Source of the DNA: a virus
IMG/VR virus record: IMGVR_UViG_3300024265_000045
Coordinates: 8,577-72,576 of that record
Reading direction: 5' to 3' (one strand)
Length of the DNA stretch: 64,000 bases
How positions within the stretch are numbered: position 1 is the first letter of the stretch; every line of letters starts with the position of its first letter. Position numbers and translations under genes: made by a program. The notes under the pieces are model-generated. The model saw only the letters and a program-made list of their open reading frames with translations, did not search any database and was not told the origin of the DNA. Shown one piece after another: positions 58,270-64,000 of this stretch.

Positions 58270-58849
58270 CAGCTAATTCCTCCAATAATCCAAATTTTCC
58301 TCCTGATCTAGAGTAAAATGTGGTAGCTTCAAACATATAAGTCTTACCTTTATATTCTAATTTTCCTTTCTTCATACACGCATACTGGATTTGTCCTATC
58401 GGAAGTCCAAGTTCTTTAGCGGCTGAGCGCATAGATGGGAAAGATTTTCCCTGTATCTTTTCCTGAACCTCTATACGGCAGATACCATTAAATATAGGAA
58501 GAATAATTCCCTCAAAGATCTCAGATTTAGAGTCGAAAGGTTTGAACTCAAGTCTAAGAACTTTACGATGCGCTCTGCTACAATGCTTTCTATACTGAAA
58601 TATTCCGAACGTTTCGTATACTTTGGTTTTCGAAACAAGATGACGACTAAATGATTGAGGATACCATTTCCAATCTTCTCCATACATATCAAAAGCATAT
58701 GGAGTTATTGTCTTAAGAAAATCTGTAGCTCGCAAATCTTCAGGCTCAACAACTTCTTTTCTCCAAGCAAAATATGGTTGAAGAACCCATTCTATCAAAC
58801 CTGTATCCTTCCATTTGGATCGCCTAAAATACTGTTCACTTGTCGACAT
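58241..58849 (-). CDS. protein with C-terminal NUMOD1-like HTH
   Basis: FPSMRSAAKELGL...IQYAC. Confidence 0.55.
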   Translation of the reverse strand: MSTSEQYFRRSKWKDTGLIEWVLQPYFAWRKEVVEPEDLRATDFLKTITPYAFDMYGEDWKWYPQSFSRHLVSKTKVYETFGIFQYRKHCSRAHRKVLRLEFKPFDSKSEIFEGIILPIFNGICRIEVQEKIQGKSFPSMRSAAKELGLPIGQIQYACMKKGKLEYKGKTYMFEATTFYSRSGGKFGLLEELADEIQSIIRS

Positions 58850-59132
58850 TTTCTTGTGCCATTTTCTCGTATCTGTCCAACTTATCCTGCAAAAATCTTA
58901 GGGTAACAACAGGAGTCATTTGACTCATTTGGAGGTGTAGTAAAACTCGTTGACTAAATTCGGTTTCCAACCTCCATTTTCCATTGACGTCAACTAGCAA
59001 AGAAAATGATACATAATCAGTTACATCTTGCGGAAAATGGGTTATCAAACCAGCAGCTCGTAGCCTATAGTTACCGTTCAATAGCTGCTTTACAGTCTTA
59101 GGTTTTCTTTTCTTCCTAGCTCTGTTAGCCAT
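58836..59132 (-). CDS. hypothetical protein
   Basis: AAGGAG RBS. Confidence 0.55.
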   Translation of the reverse strand: MANRARKKRKPKTVKQLLNGNYRLRAAGLITHFPQDVTDYVSFSLLVDVNGKWRLETEFSQRVLLHLQMSQMTPVVTLRFLQDKLDRYEKMAQENVDK

Positions 59133-59245
59133 TTCAGCTCTCCTTGGGTCTTATTTAACTTATCTAAAATTTTTAGTTTTGAGGCTATTTCATAAATTTC
59201 AAGCCTATTTATGGGTAAAGTATACTACAAACCATTTCAAAAGTA

Positions 59246-59308
59246 AAACAGTACCTTCTAAATGCGTCTAAATAACTTCTAATTAAAGGGGTTGGTAGTA
59301 AAACTACC
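59246..59308. repeat. dispersed intergenic element, copy 2
   Basis: aaacagtaccttctaaatgcgtctaaa-N20-tggtagtaaaactacc. Confidence 0.7.
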
Positions 59309-59349
59309 TTGTGTTTTTTGCCCAAATTTAGTAGATATAATACTACAAG

Positions 59350-60087
59350 TCATAGAAGTAAACTCCCCAATTTTCCTCGCTTGAACACTTCTAGCTTACT
59401 TCCAGGAGTACAATTAATTATTTCACGCCCATCTTTCTCATATTCTTCCCTTGCTATTGTATAATATCTTTCAGACCCTACAAGGTCAGGAGCTTGCCAG
59501 ACAAATCCTTCCGGGAAATAGTCGGTTGTAAAATGATCCCGGTCCTCGCCGTGTTGGATTATTTCCTCGTGAGGAACTTTTCCTGCAACGTCTGGATAGT
59601 CATGGTCAATACCCAAAAGATATACAGTCTCAAATCCCATCCAGTGAGTCATCTGCAAAGCTGCATAAGTTACAGTACATCCTTCGCATATTCCCACGGT
59701 AGGATCTCTAGAAAATTCTGTCCAATCTTCCACTCCTGTGTTTACAAAAGTAAAATCTTCAGGAGGAACATACGGAAAACATGAGTTAGCTAAAAGTCTC
59801 ATGGCATCAATCTTCAGCATTTCTTCGAAACTTTGTTCGACTATGTATAGATTAATAGCCATATAAAAGTCTAAATTTAAATTCCACTTTTCCAAACCTA
59901 AGAATATTCTATTAGTTCCAAATACAAAAGTATCTTTCGTATTAAGTCTATTTAGATTAGATTCAGCTAAACTTGGTCCGTTCCCTAATAGAATACAGTT
60001 GTATCCCTCAAATGTATTTTGTAAGGTTGAAATAAATTCTTTTGACCGTTCTGTAGCTGAAACAAATGAATGAAAATCCATGTCCAT
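59350..60087 (-). CDS. DUF115 / Maf-like transferase (second paralog)
   Basis: ILLGNGPSL, FGTNRI, TVTYAALQ..WMGFETVYLLGIDH, DHF..DYF, IINCTPGSKLEVF. Confidence 0.8.
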   Translation of the reverse strand: MDMDFHSFVSATERSKEFISTLQNTFEGYNCILLGNGPSLAESNLNRLNTKDTFVFGTNRIFLGLEKWNLNLDFYMAINLYIVEQSFEEMLKIDAMRLLANSCFPYVPPEDFTFVNTGVEDWTEFSRDPTVGICEGCTVTYAALQMTHWMGFETVYLLGIDHDYPDVAGKVPHEEIIQHGEDRDHFTTDYFPEGFVWQAPDLVGSERYYTIAREEYEKDGREIINCTPGSKLEVFKRGKLGSLLL

Positions 60088-60088
60088 A

Positions 60089-60772
60089 TTATTTATCCGA
60101 AGGATGTTGCCATCTAACATGTGAAGCTTTCAACGCAGGAGTTTGAAAACGTTCTTCACAGATATCGCATTCATACGGTAGCTGTTCCGTATGACTTAGT
60201 TCATCATACGACCCTTGTTTTGCACCTGCCGTATGACTAAGTTCATCGTGCTTTTTTCGTTTGAAGCTTATTTTAGGTAGAGTAATTCCGGATGACTGTT
60301 CGGATGAGACATGTACTATGCCTTGTGTCTGACTGACAACTACACCGCCGATGAGAATATATGGAGCTAAATTTACGACAAATGCCCAAACCCATAAACC
60401 AAATGTACCTAAGACACTAAACATATCTCGTCCAGCAACTCTACTTACTGTGTAAGGAGTGAGAATCATAATTCCGGAGATAAACAAGGCAATGACCATT
60501 CCAGTCAAAGTTCTAAATCTAAACGACCAGTTAGCTCCTCGTTTAGGTAATGCTCTACGCCATCCATCAAAGATATATGCGGCTCCAAGAGTATCTAGGA
60601 TACCCATACCGAGTCCTGTTACGATCATACCATAACTTAATAATTCAGATAAGAATCCTTCAACTACTCCAGTATCTGAAGCCAAAAATGCTCCGGCATA
60701 TCTTATCGAAGTAACGGCAAGAGCTGCCCAAATGAGGAGTTGTGAATAGTCACGTCTTGTTTGTTTTGCCAT
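60089..60772 (-). CDS. multi-pass membrane protein with C-terminal C2H2 zinc finger
   Basis: Four hydrophobic segments; YECDICEERF...HVRWQH. Confidence 0.7.
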   Translation of the reverse strand: MAKQTRRDYSQLLIWAALAVTSIRYAGAFLASDTGVVEGFLSELLSYGMIVTGLGMGILDTLGAAYIFDGWRRALPKRGANWSFRFRTLTGMVIALFISGIMILTPYTVSRVAGRDMFSVLGTFGLWVWAFVVNLAPYILIGGVVVSQTQGIVHVSSEQSSGITLPKISFKRKKHDELSHTAGAKQGSYDELSHTEQLPYECDICEERFQTPALKASHVRWQHPSDK

Positions 60773-60783
60773 TTTATATCTCC

Positions 60784-61431
60784 TTATTTAACCCATTTAT
60801 AGTTGAAAAAATTTATGTCCTCAGCTAGAAAAATACTGGCTGCCTCGTACGCTTTATCGTCGTAGAAATCTATCCATGGTTTGTTGGGTTTTTGACTGTT
60901 CCGATTTACAATCTGAACTTTCTGACTAGGAAGTCCAGTATTTTCAAATATTTCTTGCATGTCTCTATCAGCATTTTCAAGCTTCCCAATAAAATCTATC
61001 ATAACCTCTCCGTGACTGTCAGTAACGAATTCGCGAAGGTTCAAAAATTTATTGGCTCCATATGGTTTTTCTACCTTATTGAGCTCGACATGATACCATC
61101 GAATAAATTCAGCTAGACCCATATTTCTAACTTGACTCTGGTATTTATGAGTATATGTTCGTATGTGGAAATAAGTTGACAGGATCCAGTCCATAGGATG
61201 ACGAACAAAAGCAAACTTGAATGACTGAGTCCAAAATTCTAGATCATTTATCTTCTGAAAATGCTTTCGAAGGTCTATGGCTTCGCAGTGAAATCCATGC
61301 AGTTCTGCATATCCTTCAACAGGATTGGGGAAATCCATACTTGGACCTCCTAAAGCTCTACGAATAGAATTGCCTCCGCACTTAAAAATATGGATAAAAA
61401 TAAAATTATGTTTCTTCGACACTAATGCCAT
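60784..61431 (-). CDS. sulfotransferase family 2 protein
   Basis: FIFIHIFKCGGNSI (5'-PSB-like), FAFVRHPMDWILSTY (3'-PB-like), DFIGKLEN, EDINFFNY. Confidence 0.88.
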   Translation of the reverse strand: MALVSKKHNFIFIHIFKCGGNSIRRALGGPSMDFPNPVEGYAELHGFHCEAIDLRKHFQKINDLEFWTQSFKFAFVRHPMDWILSTYFHIRTYTHKYQSQVRNMGLAEFIRWYHVELNKVEKPYGANKFLNLREFVTDSHGEVMIDFIGKLENADRDMQEIFENTGLPSQKVQIVNRNSQKPNKPWIDFYDDKAYEAASIFLAEDINFFNYKWVK

Positions 61432-62092
61432 AGAGTCCTTCTTCTGGAACAAAAATTGTATTTACAGTATCAGCAAAAATAATTTTATATTTTGCCAGAG
61501 CCATTATTTTATTTATCGCCTCATTCTGAAATTTATAATCTTCTCTTACGTTAAGAGCATGAGTTTCAATAATTGCCATTTGAGGTCTCCAATAATCCAG
61601 AGTGAATCCAGTCAATACATCTAGTTCGCTGCCTTCGGTATCTATACTTATAAATTCAAATCCTACAGGAATTTTGAATTTACCTAACTGAGTATTAAGT
61701 GTAGAACACATAACGGAGTCTATTGACGTATATTCCTCACCCCATAAGGCATTATCGGCTACATATTTATTAGTCGTGGCAAGAGCTCCTGCAGGATTGA
61801 CAATAAACAAATCTACTATTTTTTCTTCCGAACCTAAAGCCATTTTTCTAGTAGTAACTTTAGAATATTTTTTTAGGTATCTTTGCTCACATTTTTCGTA
61901 AAGTATACGCAGAGGTTCAAACATAAGTCCCGACCAGCCAGCTTCAACGAAGCAACTAGTATTACTGAAGGTTATTCCATCATAAGCTCCTACATCTACA
62001 AAGACACCCTCATCTAGGATACCAAAATATTTCTCGTAGATATTAGCTAGATCTGGTATCTGACATGACTTGCTGACATTGTAGAAACTCAT
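61406..62092 (-). CDS. FkbM-family methyltransferase
   Basis: FVDVGAYDGITFSNT, GWSGLMFEP, SIDTEGSE. Confidence 0.88.
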   Translation of the reverse strand: MSFYNVSKSCQIPDLANIYEKYFGILDEGVFVDVGAYDGITFSNTSCFVEAGWSGLMFEPLRILYEKCEQRYLKKYSKVTTRKMALGSEEKIVDLFIVNPAGALATTNKYVADNALWGEEYTSIDSVMCSTLNTQLGKFKIPVGFEFISIDTEGSELDVLTGFTLDYWRPQMAIIETHALNVREDYKFQNEAINKIMALAKYKIIFADTVNTIFVPEEGLYGISVEET

Positions 62093-62670
62093 GTTTGAAT
62101 TTCCAACTTGGAACATAATTCTAAGATCAAAAGTCTTGTGGCTTGTGCATCAGCTAAGGCTCTGTGGAATTTATCTGATATGTCTATTTCAAATATATCA
62201 ATAATTTCTCTAAGTTTGAACCATCTAGGAGTTCCATAGGGTCCAAGTTCATTAATAAACATTGACGCCAATTGCATTGCATCAATGGTAGTTACATAAG
62301 ATGTATAGAATTTTGAAACATTTTGGAGACTTGCAGTTTGAATGAGCATTCGCATATCAAAGCCAATATTGTATCCAACAACTGTTTTACCATTGAACAA
62401 TTTGGATATTGTAGACGCTTTATGACAAAATCTGGGTTGATTAACTAACATCTCTGGATAGATTTTGTGTACTTCAGCTGCTTCTCCAGATACCATCTTA
62501 TCTGGCTTTAATAAACTATCAAACAAAACTTTACCGTCAAAGTCAATGATTGATAATTCTACAATCTCATCATCAAAACCTAATCCTGTAGTTTCAGTAT
62601 CAAAAATTATAGCATTCGTGTGAATTATTATTTTTAGATATAGTTTAAGTAAATCTGTAAAATCGTTCAT
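62089..62670 (-). CDS. DEDDh 3'-5' exonuclease (DnaQ-like)
   Basis: FDTETTG, YNIGFD, HRALADA. Confidence 0.92.
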   Translation of the reverse strand: MNDFTDLLKLYLKIIIHTNAIIFDTETTGLGFDDEIVELSIIDFDGKVLFDSLLKPDKMVSGEAAEVHKIYPEMLVNQPRFCHKASTISKLFNGKTVVGYNIGFDMRMLIQTASLQNVSKFYTSYVTTIDAMQLASMFINELGPYGTPRWFKLREIIDIFEIDISDKFHRALADAQATRLLILELCSKLEIQT

Positions 62671-64000
62671 TTTTTAGGTTCCTCTGACTGAGTGTACATA
62701 GATGCAAATCTAATTTTTGTTACTTTACGTTTAGCTATCGGAGAAAATTCTTCTGAAAATTCTGCAGCAAAATCCAGCTCTAAACGTTTTCGTAATGTTG
62801 TTAAATGTCTAGCTAATCCTTGTGAATTTTTCCATTGAAATGTTATTCTTCTGGCATGAGCAATTTCGCTTAAGATTTTGTAAAGTTCAGTAAAAGATCG
62901 CCATTGAGAAGCTTCATCCGGACGTAATGAAATCCATTCCTCTATAAATCCTATGGCTTGAGAACTTTGCTTCAATTGACGCAATTGACTGTCTACCATA
63001 GATAACAATCCCAATGACAATTTCTCTCCATCAATTATATTTGTATCTTTTATTTTGTCGCAGAAAACTGTAAAATCTACCAATCGACTCTTGGTAGAAG
63101 GCGGAACAAATTTTTTAATTCGTAATGTACTAACAACATCATTTAATTTGTATAGTAAATTAGCCCAGATTGCTGCACCGTGTCGATGAATTGCTCCTTG
63201 CAAAATATGCTCAGGTTTTGGAGACTCTAATTGCTGCATCTCTAAAATTAACAATCTACTAAATAAAGTTTCATCGCTAAAAGGAACATTTACGGCAGTG
63301 ACACATACAAAACATCTGGGTTCGATCGTATACTTTTGATTTGTTTTATATAATTTTCGTAGTTCAATATTACTTCCGGTGGCTAATTTGTTGAGCATGT
63401 CAACCATCCATCTTGCTCCAGATTTTTCCAAGTTATCCATGACAAGTAATCTATGACTACTAATACTGGCTCTGAAAGCATCTGGCTTGTCTTGCTGAAT
63501 ATTTAAAACATCTGTAGTGGGAGATTCCAATATACGTAAAATTCGTCGTATAGCTGTAGTTTTTCCCGATCCGGGAACTCCGAGCAAAGATAAGATAGGT
63601 TTGGTAGGTAATAATTCTTGAAAGAAAAATCCTAGTATCCAAGCCTTTAGCAGTTCTTTTTGCTCCTCTGGACTGGCTAAAGCTTCAGAAGAAGTTGTAA
63701 AGGAAAGATCTTCAACTAAATGCTCCCAAGAATCTTGATCTTCTACTTCAAAATCCGGGGTAAAATAATCTTCATTGGGACTAGTCAAAAACATTTGTCC
63801 GCACTCGCCGTTCCAGCTTTGTTCTATAGTCTCGCCGTTCAGAATGTATACTTGAGGTCCTCCCAAATTTACGAATAATTTTTCTTTGTCAATATCCCAA
63901 TATGTTCTATTTCGTAATGGAATTATCGGAGCCTCTCGCACCATTCGGAGTCTTAATTCTACAGTTGTTACTCGACTAAAGTTATCCTGAGGAATTAAGA
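62667..64000 (-). CDS. primase-associated helicase/ATPase (5' end outside window)
   Basis: GVPGSGKTT Walker A, LVMDN Walker B, RKLYKTN, LFSR; frame remains open to the window edge. Confidence 0.75.
   Translation of the reverse strand, partial: LIPQDNFSRVTTVELRLRMVREAPIIPLRNRTYWDIDKEKLFVNLGGPQVYILNGETIEQSWNGECGQMFLTSPNEDYFTPDFEVEDQDSWEHLVEDLSFTTSSEALASPEEQKELLKAWILGFFFQELLPTKPILSLLGVPGSGKTTAIRRILRILESPTTDVLNIQQDKPDAFRASISSHRLLVMDNLEKSGARWMVDMLNKLATGSNIELRKLYKTNQKYTIEPRCFVCVTAVNVPFSDETLFSRLLILEMQQLESPKPEHILQGAIHRHGAAIWANLLYKLNDVVSTLRIKKFVPPSTKSRLVDFTVFCDKIKDTNIIDGEKLSLGLLSMVDSQLRQLKQSSQAIGFIEEWISLRPDEASQWRSFTELYKILSEIAHARRITFQWKNSQGLARHLTTLRKRLELDFAAEFSEEFSPIAKRKVTKIRFASMYTQSEEPKK

Noticed and set aside
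58241-58849. Homing endonuclease
   Set aside because: Only a NUMOD1-like HTH is visible; no HNH or GIY-YIG catalytic motif
1-64000. Host assignment (Chloroflexota-like or other monoderm)
   Set aside because: GH25 lysin without spanins and extended -10 promoters are only suggestive; needs spacer matching or protein best-hit analysis

Overview
The window is about 64 kb of an AT-rich tailed dsDNA phage (siphovirus-type) genome in the standard genetic code. No integrase, tRNA, rRNA or CRISPR array was seen. It has three blocks. (1) 1-30076, minus strand: morphogenesis operon (TerS, TerL, portal, methyltransferase, glycosyltransferase, fibre-like protein, protease/scaffold, Cys-rich major capsid, GT2-HhH fusion, head-tail proteins, tail tube with BNR propeller, tail chaperone, tape measure, Dit, hub, fibre, holins), then a separately promoted SNF2 helicase and PD-(D/E)XK nuclease. 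(2) 30235-52937, plus strand: an early/accessory region of about 60 mostly small genes (zinc ribbons, coiled coils, a PC4-like protein, a GHKL ATPase-HExxH fusion, two paralogous DUF6011-like proteins) with highly organised non-coding DNA: nine promoters sharing TTTACR-N5-TTTAYN-N21/22-(-10), phased 10-bp palindrome arrays upstream of them, five covarying 59-60-nt hairpins delimiting single genes, and a large inverted repeat. (3) 52939-64000, minus strand: GH25 endolysin, MazG-like, dCMP deaminase, DEDDh exonuclease and primase/helicase-type ATPase interleaved with two DUF115/Maf-like transferases, two FkbM methyltransferases and a sulfotransferase. The strongest novelty candidates are the hairpin-delimited early gene cassette system with its promoter architecture, the eight-enzyme glycosylation/methylation/sulfation toolkit, and a probable +1 frameshift in the tail chaperone. 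All protein calls are by-eye motif and synteny recognition; no database searches were run.
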